From assembly GCA_951406725.2 (NCBI GenBank), contig OX597821.1, positions 48,360,001 to 48,424,000 on the forward strand: a stretch of DNA of 64,000 bases. The letters run 5' to 3'. Position numbers and translations under genes: made by a program. The notes under the pieces were generated by a model that did no database searches, had not been told where the DNA came from, and saw nothing but the letters and a program-made list of their open reading frames with translations. Positions 52,186 to 64,000 of the stretch are shown here, one piece after another (the stretch's first letter is position 1; every line of letters starts with the position of its first letter). Origin of the DNA: Octopus vulgaris. Taxonomy: Eukaryota.

Positions 52186-52979
52186 AGCAAGTCAATATAC
52201 AAAAAAATATTAAATACATTTGATACAAACAATGTACATATGATTACATTTAGATAGGTCTAACTTACACAGAATAGAAATGATATCAAGAATTAAAGGG
52301 GTTGAAAAAGAGTTTTACAAGTCTAACAGCTGTTTCTGGGGGCTTGGTGGTCCAAAATATTGATTGTAAATTCCATCATCAGATAATACTAGCCTCCGTC
52401 TCCAGGGAAGAATTTCATAGTATAGGGCTTTCCACCTCTTTTGTAGTATAGATCCCTTGGTGGCATCAGGATATTTTTTGTAGACATGCCCAAGAAATGT
52501 TTATCCATGAGTGTTATCTATAAGCAGTGCTTGGCCAAGCAAAAGGTATATAGTTTATAGATGAGAGACAGATATTCTCCATATAGAATACACTTTGTAG
52601 TGCTCAAGAGATTTAAACTTAAGCAGGTAGAGGAGTAAATGTAAAGACAAGCAAGATACAAAAAATATCAAATACATTTAATACAAAAGATGTACATATG
52701 TGTACTTATAAAAAGGTCTACCTTACACAGAATAGAAATGATATCAAGAATTAAAGGGGTTTGAATAAAAATTTTACAAGTCCAACAACTGTTTCTGGGG
52801 GCTTGGTGGTCCAAAATAATGATGGCAAGTATTCAGTGGCCTAAGTTTCCAGAAGTCTTTGAGTACCCTAGCTCACTCAGCAATGCAAAGCTTGCAGTTT
52901 ACACTCACATTGATATAGGGTATTATCCAATGATGAAATCAATTTGCAATCATTATTTGGGACCACCAAGCTCCTAGAA
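52186..52979 (-). mobile_element. Penelope-like pLTR arrangement: two direct copies plus an inverted partial copy, with hammerhead core
   Basis: 52186-52390 resembles 52651-52830; inverted piece at 52921-52979. Minus strand reads CTGATGA TGG...CCA GAA ACAGCTGT T. Confidence 0.65.
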
Positions 52980-53400
52980 GTAGACTCTCTCCCTGATGAG
53001 ATGGGCTATGACCCTCTCCGTGACCTTCATCACCTGATCCAGCAATTTGATACCCTTGTAGTTATTTCTATCTAGAGCATCACTTTTACCCTTGTAGCAG
53101 TTGACTATGGTGCTGCTATGCCAGTCGTTGGGTATGACTACATCATGAACTACCTGGTTTACAATGCGGGTGACTAGGCCATAGCCCACACCACCAGATG
53201 TTTTAAGCTTCTCAGCAGTGATTCCTGATGGGCTGGGGCTTTTTCTGGCTTGATACCCTTAATTGCTTTATCTACTAGGAAGCTGTCAATTCAGATAGTT
53301 GGTCCTTCTACTGGGTCAACATTTGGCTAGCTCTCATCCTCCCATTCATTCTCCATATTCAGCAGTCTTTCTTTTCAGAATCATTTAAAGCAAGTGCACC
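52980..53400 (-). pseudogene. RTE RT N-terminal fragment
   Basis: PSGITAEKLK and IPNDWHSSTIVNCYKGKSDALDRNNYKGIKLL. Confidence 0.9.
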
Positions 53401-53406
53401 TCAGAC

Positions 53407-53437
<31 letters not shown>

Positions 53438-53456
53438 GAGAGAGAGAGGGGGAGAG

Positions 53457-53519
<63 letters not shown>
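53407..53519. repeat. (TA)n/(GA)n microsatellite
   Basis: Direct reading. Confidence 0.95.
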
Positions 53520-53521
<2 letters not shown>

Positions 53522-53970
53522 TACATAACATTTTTAATGTCTTTTTTGTCATGTCTTGTGAGGGTGAATGGCTCTTTTCCTACACAGCATACTGTCAGTC
53601 AGAGTGATCCTTTGTCATCGCCTTTGATCTGAAAACAGAGAAGGAGATGGTGCAAGAGAGAGATTTGGTAATGTTGCTTATTTCACAGGTTTCTATAAGT
53701 CCACAAAGATTGCCATTGTTGCTCTGTGTTGTTGTTGTTTAGAGAAGTAAGCCAATAAATAAATAAATAAATACATAAATAAATAAAAAAATAAAAAAAA
53801 ATAAATAAAAGTCTGGCTAATTCTTTGTTGCTTCTGCAGCTACTTTGGCTCAATAGCTCTGAAAGCTCAAACTATATTTTTTGTGAAGCTTCAAAAATAT
53901 CTTTTATGGATATGATTGTCAGATATTGCAGTGTGATAAACTTCAAACTGGTACACAGAGATTTATGTGC

Positions 53971-55385
<1,415 letters not shown>

Positions 55386-55789
55386 CATGTAAACACTGAG
55401 GCATAAAGTAATGTACAAGACATTGTATGTAAATCTGTACGTGCTAATATCATTGCTTATAGTTTATAGCTTCCTACATACAGACAGAAGTACATGTGGA
55501 TATTTGATTCCATGTGAAGCTAAACAATACATGAATTCAATCCAAGAACTATTGTGTGAAAAATCTTGTTCACCCCTCATCCTCCTCCTCACTTTATTTT
55601 AGTGTAGTAATCTGATGCATAGATGTATGTGTGTGTGTGTGCATATATACATGCATATTAATATATATATTTATATATCAATATCAAGATCTACATATTT
55701 ACCTGCCTGTCTCCATTTCTGTCCCTCTCCTCCTCACTGTCTATCTCCCATCCCTCTCCCCCACTCTCTCTCTTTCTCTCACTCTCTCT

Positions 55790-55960
55790 GTATATATGTA
55801 TTTTATTTTTTTTCTCTCCCTGTTTATTTCTGTATTCCTTTCTGTCAAAGAGCATTGGCTCAAAACGTAAAAGACTTTCTCACTTCCCAAGTGTTAAACT
55901 AATACATCTGTTTGTTGTCGACACACCCATCTTTGTCTTTTATTTTTTTGTAAATTCTCA
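55790..55960 (+). mobile_element. Short Penelope-like unit (CTGT family), degenerate
   Basis: cttt CTGTCAA A GAGC attg GCTC AAAA cg TA aaag; colinear with 25715-25905. Confidence 0.6.
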
Positions 55961-55981
55961 ATATATATATATATATATGTG

Positions 55982-56044
<63 letters not shown>

Positions 56045-56225
56045 GTATATATATCAGGAAGCTTCATATATAGTCTGTACATATAATAAATTAATTTACA
56101 TATATAGTACATATATACATATACATATATACATGAATTTATATTTACATACTTATATACATACATATGTACACATAATATTTATGTATAAATGTATGTA
56201 TATGTGTGTGTGTGTTTTTTTATAT

Positions 56226-56595
56226 GCCAAGTCTTCCAAATGCTTTGCTGGCTTTTTCAATTCTCAGGCTTATTTTAGAATCAAGGGATCCATCTCTAGA
56301 TAGAGTGCTGCCAAGGTAGATGAATGAGTCGACCACATCTAATCTTGTATCCTGGATAAAGATGTTAGAAGATGGATGCCTTGATTCTGAAACAAACCTG
56401 AGAATTGAAAATGCCAGCAAAGCATTTGGAAAGCTTGAAAATCATGTGTGGTCTGATAGAGGTATCACCTTCAAAACCAAGCTTAGTATCTATGAATCTT
56501 GTATTTTAACAGTCCTCCTGGACGACATACCAATGCCACATTAAGGCTTTAGAAAGATTCCATCAGACACTTACCTAAGGAGGATACTAGACATT
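56226..56595. mobile_element. RTE fragments in head-to-head inverted arrangement
   Basis: Minus strand: [36 protein letters not shown]. Plus strand: DGCLDSETNLRIENASKAFGKLENHVW. Confidence 0.85.
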
Positions 56596-57039
56596 TGTGA
56601 TGTGAAGGAAGACAATGACAGAAGCTAAGTGAGAATTAAATTAGTCTTACTTGTCAGTCCAGAAAAAGAGTCACTTTCAACATCCACATGCTGCCTCGAT
56701 CTCCAAGGTTCACTCTACATCCACATGCACTATCCATTTCTGTACCATCTTACACATCCACTCTGATGTGCTGTTTGCCGCCAACTGACCCTCGTGCTTC
56801 ACTGATGCTGTATGTCCACCACGGCACTTTCAGTGGGATCCACAGACTCCACTTCCGACAGGACTGCTTACCCCCTCACTTCCAATCCTTCTCTACAGCA
56901 CTGCCTGGCTCATAACACTACACACACACCCGATCTGAAGATCATTCAACCAACCTGCCCACGCTTTCTTCTCAACCCCGACCACATATCTTAACATGTC
57001 TTGTAATCAACCAACCAGTGAGGAGGGCACCGCTCCCTC

Positions 57040-58125
57040 TGTGACCGCCGTGGGACTTCAGGACTGGCCTCAGTTCATGGCATGTTCCTGCCGACTTCTA
57101 CTGTTGGCCCCATCTCCCATCACAGTGATGATCCTGTGCACATCAAAAACATGTTGTGGCATGCTATCTATAGATACGTTGTTCCTCGAATTCACAGAGT
57201 TTATTGTCCCCTTTTCCCACTGTGATGTTCACCGTGCATTTGGGGACTTAACACAAACTTCTTCTCCGAACTGCACAAAGGCATGCTCCTTCTCTTCTAC
57301 AGGATGCAGGAATGAAGTACATGGATACCTCCACTCATACTTGAATATTGCTCTATATGGCACTGACTCCTCAGCCTGTTTTGTCCTGGGTGACATATTA
57401 TACCAAAAAACAGCCTTAACCAGTGAGATGTGGCCCCTCTTTGCTATGGTCTTGATGGTATGATGATGATACCTCTCCACAGGCCGGTGTGTTGCCTTAA
57501 AGAAATGGCTAACATGCCATTTGTCGAGCATTTCCCCCAGCACCTCCAAGCAAAAAGCAGTGCCATTGTCCACAAGCAGCTCATCCACAGGGCCTTGTTC
57601 TAGGAAACCTCATTCAGTATTCTTGTGATTTCCTCCCTGGTCCCATCTTCATCTCCTTCCATATGGCCAACCACCCCAGTCCATAGTCGACCATTGAGAG
57701 GTATGTCCCCTGACATTAGTGCATCACGTCCACTGCCAGTCGTTTCCAGTTGTGTTCCACTAGAATGCTTCCTGCCTCATGCACACCCAGAGCAGGGTCA
57801 ATGGACTGGCACCTGTCACAGCTCACAGCTACTTGCTGTACACTCTGCCTGGTCATGTCAGAGTCAACTTTCCTGACTAAGAACAGGGTCCTGTCCACCC
57901 CCATGTGATGCATGGTATGCAATCTTCTCAGTTGCAAGTCACTCAGTCGACACACCGCATCCACTCGCTGCTCCAGATCCTCTGGCACCTTGAACCAGGC
58001 TTTCTTTACTCTGATCAGGACGTCCACTCTATTCCTCTCTGAGGACCCAAAAACCACACTCAGCCTCAGGTCAAACTCGTCAGCTAGCTCCCCCAGAATT
58101 TCCAGACGGCGTTTTATCAGCATCT
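57040..58125 (-). pseudogene. Gypsy-type LTR retrotransposon pol remnant (RNase H end and integrase)
   Basis: SERNRVDVLIR, H-x3-H...CDRC zinc finger, WKRLAVDVMH, ELLVDNGTAF, VERYH and WYNMSP; frameshifted, no LTRs seen. Confidence 0.88.
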
Positions 58126-58169
58126 CTGCACCTCTTTATTTCCCTCCACTGTATGATAGCTTTCATTCA

Positions 58170-58290
58170 GATTCAGTTTCCAAATCCAATCATAAGGCTC
58201 AGAGCTATAGCAAAAGACACTTGCCCAAGTTTCCAAGCAGTGGGATTGAACTCACAATGATGTGGTTAAGACACAAGCTTCTTAAGCATA
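58170..58290 (-). mobile_element. SINE family A 5' fragment
   Basis: ctatagcaaaagacacttgcccaag...agtgggattgaac... Confidence 0.75.
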
Positions 58291-58572
58291 TAGCCATGTC
58301 TGATCCTGTATAAGTTACGGTATCTATTTTGATTTCTTTGCAGAATATATACATCAGTTCCAATAATATCTCTAGGTATAAATCAAAATTGCAGGTATGT
58401 TTTTCGTGGAAAAAATATATGTTTGCTCTAGGTTTGAGCTGTTCTGATTACAGATCATAATATATGTGAAAGTAAATAAACAGATAAATCTATAAGGCTC
58501 CTTTTTCATGTTATCACAAAACTGAGTCAACAGTAATTTTTTCTGATGTACAAATACATACATAGACAGAGA

Positions 58573-59001
58573 TATCAGGTCATCCCATAAGTTCTGTCCG
58601 ATTTTACCTTTTTTAAAATTGAATGAAATTTAATGGTATTTTAGAATGTCTAATGGAATTAAAAATTATTTTTATGCATTTGTGTATGTTTAAACTAATT
58701 AGATATTATTTTACAGAATAATAGAATTAAAATTTCTTTGATTAAAACCCTTTCTAACATGGAAGTATCCAAAGAGCATTTAAGGCACATAATGTTTTAG
58801 GAGTACAAAAAAGGAAACTCTGCAGCCGAAGCGACTCAAAACATACACTCAGTTTATGGGAAAGAATGCTTGAATGAAAGAACTTGAAGATGGATGGCAA
58901 AATTCAGAAATGGAGATTTCAGCCTTGAAGTTGAAGATTGAACAGGATGTCCAGTTGAATTTGGTGATAAGCTGCTTCAGGCATTACTTGACAACCTAAT
59001 A
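58573..59001 (+). mobile_element. Internally deleted mariner
   Basis: TIR-like atcaggtcatcccataagttc; MEVSKEHLRHIMF*EYKKGNSAAEA...KFRNGDFSLE from 58759; ends in acaacctaata. Confidence 0.8.
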
Positions 59002-59040
59002 TTTGCTCCATATTGAAGTATATATATATATATACATACA

Positions 59041-59595
59041 TGGTGGCTGCCCCCTCGTTATCGAGTATGGCCATTGCACGAAGCTTAATCAATGTTGTTA
59101 TCGTGCAATGCCTGTTCAAGAAGATTTTTTTAAAGTGAGGAAAGGCTGTGCACTGAGTCAATCCCACTCACTAAGCAACAGCAGCCATAATCCGAAAAGA
59201 AGAACAAGTCAATATCATCGGTAACCACTGAGCCACAGGTTTTATGTCGGAGTTATCCCAGTTACCTAAGTTACCTTCTCCTAGAAGGATACCCGAACAA
59301 AGGCTAGGAGTCCTTCACTCCCAATGGTTTAACCGCGCGATCAGGTATTCAGTCTGATTATTTCTATGTCCCTGCGCATGATACAGCCTTAAGACATTTA
59401 TTGGATGGCCGTTGACTCTCAAGAGTTCCTCCGCTCTTTGACGGGTTTTGTTTTTCATCCTGCAGGGTGTCCAATAAACACCCCTCCTCACCAAGCAAGC
59501 TTGGTGGGGTTGCCAGTTTAGTCGCCAATGACCTGACCATGCAACAGGTTGTACTGGGTTACATGTTACCAGTAGCACTCGAACGTGACCTGACA
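59041..59595 (-). mobile_element. Non-coding, hairpin-rich RTE-derived (bipartite) retroposon
   Basis: GC-rich and lacking a credible ORF. RTE-like 5' motifs (acaccctgc...aaaacccgtcaaa..gcggaggaac; ctaggagaagg...aactc) are joined to an RTE-like 3' end (ccatactcga..acgagggg.cagcca). It sits in a TA/TACA tract. Confidence 0.55.
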
Positions 59596-59692
59596 TAACA
59601 TACATATATACATACATAAATACATACACACACACACACAAACACACACATATATATACATATATATATATATATTTTTTTTTATATGTATA

Positions 59693-60949
59693 TAGGATGC
59701 GTAAGGTATCTGAGGACATACCTTTTTGGGGTCATTGCTGCATTTTTTGCTAACTCTGTATAATTTTGTTTCAGAAAATGATAATGACAGGCCCTCAGCT
59801 TACTCAAGAAATGAGAAGGCATGCTGTTATTGTGGTCGTAAACTCTGAGTATAGTGATTTAGAAATATTTTGATCTTTAAAAGTTGCCAGATCTTTCATC
59901 TACAAAGTTTGTAAGGAGCTAGAGATGAAGATGGAAATGTATCACTGGTATCAAAGCATAAAATGCCTTCTAAACACTCTGAAACCATCAGAACAACTGA
60001 ATTTATCCATCAAGTTCAACAGACTATGGATTACAATCCTAGAAAGACCATGAAGTCAATTGCAAAAGATCTCCATGGGTCAGAAGGAACAATCAGAAAT
60101 GTTGTCTATGAAAACATCCGATATAATTGTTATATGATGAGGAAAAGTCAATTTGTCAGAAAAGCAAAAGAAACTCACTATATCAGATCTAAAAGCCTCT
60201 TAAACAAACTGAAAAATCTACCAGAAGAGGATTTGATTTGGCTTTTCTCAAACGAGAAAAACTTCAACCAAGATCAATAAGTTAACAGAACAAATGACAA
60301 ATGGCCATGTGCAGACCCTTCTGAACTTCCAAGTGTTATGCATACAAAATTTCCTGCAAGTGTCATGGTTTTAGGGGTTGTCTGGAACGAAGGACATAAC
60401 TACCTCCTTACTTCTTTCCACAAGGCCTTAGAGTTAACTCTGCCACTTACATTGAGGTCCTGGAAATAATTGTCAAGCCCTGGATAGACAGTGTTCTCAA
60501 TGGGAGGCCATATGTGTTTCAGTAAGACTTTGCACTATCCCACATGGCTCTAGTAACACAGAGGAATGAATGGTTGAAAATTTTCATGATCACATAACCC
60601 CTAACATTTAGTCTCCTAATTCCCCAGATTTCATTCCATGTGGAGAGTTGTTGAGAGAGAGGTCAATGAACACACCCACAACAGCAAAGATTCTTTGAAA
60701 GCTGCAATAGTCAGAGTAATGTCCAAAATGAACCAGGACCACTTGATTCTTGATTTGAGTATGTAGATGATTTAGATCTCATAAAGAAGCAGTTGCTGAA
60801 GCTGAAGGTGGCTTTATTGAAGAACATTATAGAAAAGAAGGTTTCTTTCCTCATATCATGTTTTGATAAGTAAAGTTATAATCTGTTATCATATATCTGT
60901 TTTCTTTTTTATAAACATAAATCTGCCCTCTGATATCTTACACAGCCTG
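59693..60949 (+). mobile_element. Full-length maT (DD37D-type) transposon, inactive
   Basis: TIRs taggatgcgtaaggtatctgaggaca and tgccctctgatatcttacacagcctg; WLFSNEKNF, TKFPASVMVLGVV, RPYVFQ*D and SPNSPD. Confidence 0.9.
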
Positions 60950-60954
60950 TATAT

Positions 60955-61070
60955 ACAACAGGCTTCTTTCAGTTTCTACCAAATCAATTCACAGGACTTT
61001 GGTCAGCCTGGAGCTATAGTAGAAGGCACTTTCCTGAGGTGCCATGCAGTGAGACTGAACCCAGGAGCAA
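60955..61070 (-). mobile_element. SINE family A 5' fragment
   Basis: ggcttctttcagtttc...gctatagtagaagg...gactgaaccc. Confidence 0.75.
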
Positions 61071-62315
61071 GCTTCTTACTATTTTCTGTATACAGAGAGA
61101 GAGACAGAGACAGAGACAGAGACAGAGAGTGGGGTGAGAGAAAGAGAGAGAGAAATTCTAAAGAGATCACCATTATCATCATCATTGAATGTCTATCTTC
61201 CATCCTGGCATGAGTTGAACAATTTTACAGGATCCAGTGAGTGAGAGGACTGTGACATATTCCAGTGTCTAATTGGCATGTTTTTGATTTTTTTAATGAC
61301 TGGATGTCCTTCCTAACTCAAAGCACTTTACAGAGAGTGCTTTTTCATGTCACCAGCATTAGTGAAATCATGAAACCATATCCAAATTATATATCATGCT
61401 CAAATAACTGGTTATATATATCAACTAATCCCATTTCTCATTCTAACACTGCTTTACATTTGCTAAAAGTTTTAATATCCACATAGGTAACTCCATTAAT
61501 CTATAATATGGACTTAATACATAGCTATGTATAAATGGAATTTATATACTTTACAACGAATGTGTATTGAGATTGTAAATGGATTGAGAAGGTAAATTAT
61601 AATACACTGACATATAAATATGTCTTCTTATATTGCACAGGAATGTGTGTTTCTCACTCTGTGTACTATACATTATACACCAACACACACATATGTGCAT
61701 GTACGTTAGTGTGTGTGTGTGTGTGCATGTGCACTGGTGTATGTATATACATACATATGATTCCTATCAAATGTTATTTGCATTGATATACCAGAGAAGT
61801 CAGATTTCAGCTGAGATAACTTTGTAGAAAGCTTGTCATGTAGGAAAGCCGTGTATTGTATTTAATATTGACATTGACAGAGGAAGTGTAGTTCCATCAT
61901 GATAAATGTATTCCTTGAAATAACCCTAATCAAAATGAATTGATCAACAGAACATATTCCTGTTTGATTTATTAATTGAAACAAAACAGAAAAAAAAAAC
62001 CACCAGAAAGACAGATTTTTAGTGCAGTAACAAACTTTCATGCAATGAGATTAGATTTGGCTAGGTTTTTCAACACGTTGGTTGTAAATAAACACTGCTA
62101 TTCTTTTAAAATGTTGGGTTACAGATCTGATTTTAAAATGTGTTTATATGTAATTGAATGATATGGTAAAAAAAAAAAATAATTTAGTGTGGTTAAATGT
62201 ATTAAGTGCCCCAGCATGGCCTCAGTCTAATGACTGAAACAAGTAAAAAGATAAAAAAGAAAGATTATTAAAATAGACTTTGCCTTGAACATTGAATTTG
62301 TTTTGTACTGTTCAG

Positions 62316-62445
62316 TTAAGAGATTCCTGTAGATCAGTAGACAACTCCAGGTGGATTTGTAGAGATGAGCATTTTATAAGAGAAATATATGGGATCAGGT
62401 TCTCACTTTCTTCTCCAAGATCAAGAAAGAGTAAACCTCCACTAG
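62316..62445 (+). other. Candidate internal exon (unknown gene)
   Basis: T-rich tract ttgttttgtactgttcAG, 130 nt open in one frame (LRDSCRSVDNSRWICRDEHFIREIYGIRFSLSSPRSRKSKPPL), strong donor AG|gtaaga. No recognisable domain. Confidence 0.25.
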
Positions 62446-62499
62446 GTAAGAGAATTAATTATCTATTGTGTAATCTCTTTTTTGCCAGCCTCCTCTCAT

Positions 62500-62592
62500 A
62501 AAAAGCACCCACTACACTCACATAGTGGTTGGTGTTATGAAGGGTATCCAGCTGTAGAAACACTGCCAGATGAGACCGAAGCCTGGTGCAGT
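62500..62592 (+). mobile_element. RTE 3' UTR fragment
   Basis: aaaagcacccactacactc...gaagggtatccagctgtagaaac...gcctggtgcag. Confidence 0.8.
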
Positions 62593-63214
62593 ATATGAAA
62601 TTAATATAAACAGCAATGTTTCACCAAAAAGGAGAAAAACAAATGTCATTAAATGTGACTAGGGTGTTAGGAAACACTTACGTTGCTAGAAAGAAGAGCT
62701 AAAACGCTCTAATGTTGTAGTTAACACACATGAATGAAAACATATACACTAAGAGGGACCATAATTGTTTGAAAAGTGCTGATCAAAAATGCTTAATACT
62801 GATGCACTGCCTTATCAGTTAAGACTGCTTAATTGTTTGGCTCTTTCTTGACTTGCTTCACCATTAATATTTATGCTTTCCTCATCCAAATTGGATGATT
62901 TAGTGTAGTTTAGCTCTTATTTCTAACAATGTAGGTGTTTCCTAACACTCTAATCACATTTAGAGAGATTTGTAATTCTCCTTTTTGGGGAAACACTGCA
63001 AACTGCTGTTTATATATATATATAGCAAATGAAAGACAGAAGCTGGAAGATACGAGAATTTATTAATCACGACAATTATTTCAATACATCTAGCATCAAT
63101 CCCTCATGGGATATATATATAATATACACTCATGCACATACACATACATTTATATATGAACCAGTATATGGATTATTTAGAAACAGTTTTGAAATAAATT
63201 TGATCAAGACACTT

Positions 63215-63505
63215 CCCTCAGTTCCTTCTCAAGCCATGCCTGGCTCATAAGGGCCGGTTTCCCGGTTTCCTTGGCATATAGGTTCCCCACCTGGACGGGA
63301 TGCTGGTCCGTCACAGGTGAGCTGCAAGATGCAGGAGAAAAGAGTGAGAGAAAGTTGTGGCGAAAGTATCAGCAGAAGTTCTCCATTACCTTCTGTCAGA
63401 GCCATGTGGAACTTAAGCGTTTTGCTCATAAACACACACATTGCCTGGTCTGAGATTCGAACCCACAATCCCTCAACCGTGAGTCCACTAGGCTATCTGT
63501 CTCCA
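63215..63505 (-). mobile_element. SINE family C
   Basis: Minus strand B box gggttcgaatctc, cctgtgacggaccagcatcccgtccagg and ggaaaccggcccttatgagcc. Confidence 0.75.
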
Positions 63506-64000
63506 CACTTCCCTCAGTAACTTCTAAGGAGTTATATATACTGGAATACGGCCATAATAATAATAATAAATAAAGGGTTATACCAATATATATAACTGTG
63601 AAGATGGCCAAATGACAGAGTTGTGAGAGCAGAGAATAGACTACCTTGTGGTGTTTGTTCCATTCTTTATACTGAGTTCAAATCCTACAATGTCATTTAC
63701 TTTCATCATTTCAGAATCAGTAAAATATATCCAATCTAGGACAGTGAATTGACAGAAATACAAGAATGCATATTGGGTGTCTTGTGGTGTTTGTTCTAGC
63801 TCTTTGCATTTTGAGTTCAACTGCTGTTATGTGTGGTGTGTATAGTCCATTGCTTGGTTTAACACTCTTGCCTGGCACCTTGGCTACTTTTAGAAGAGTT
63901 AACTGTGTTGCAAATATTCAGGCCAGCTCTGTTTTGCAAATATTTCCCTGTCTTTCCATCCCAACAGGTTTGGTGGATCTGTAAAGTAGGAGGTGCTGTC

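Noticed and set aside
56640-57000. C-rich segment possibly from a Penelope-like ORF
   Set aside because: No diagnostic RT or GIY-YIG motif could be read with confidence.

Overview
AT-rich, microsatellite-dense eukaryotic DNA, most likely an octopus or other coleoid cephalopod intron or intergenic region. This is inferred from the SINE families, the RTE LINEs with (GAT)n tails and the TA/CA/TACA microsatellite load. No confident host protein-coding gene is visible; there is one weak candidate exon at about 62.3 kb. Nearly all recognisable content is transposon debris: several RTE LINE copies (one with an intact 406-aa 3' ORF carrying a PHD-type zinc finger inside the RT region), a CR1/L2-group LINE sharing its 3' tail with the dominant SINE family, three tRNA-derived SINE families, and mariner, Tc1, maT, pogo-type MITE, Helitron, Gypsy and Penelope-like remnants. 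The most unusual signal is a set of short Penelope-like units carrying minimal type I hammerhead ribozyme folds. Their cores show three versions of the 3-8 tertiary pair (canonical C3:G8, swapped G3:C8 and a degenerate U3:A8) plus an apparent A6U family. Also notable are a ~430-bp inverted repeat, a bipartite RTE-derived element rich in hairpins and a structured RTE 5' UTR. All family names are by-eye recognition; no database search or folding program was run.
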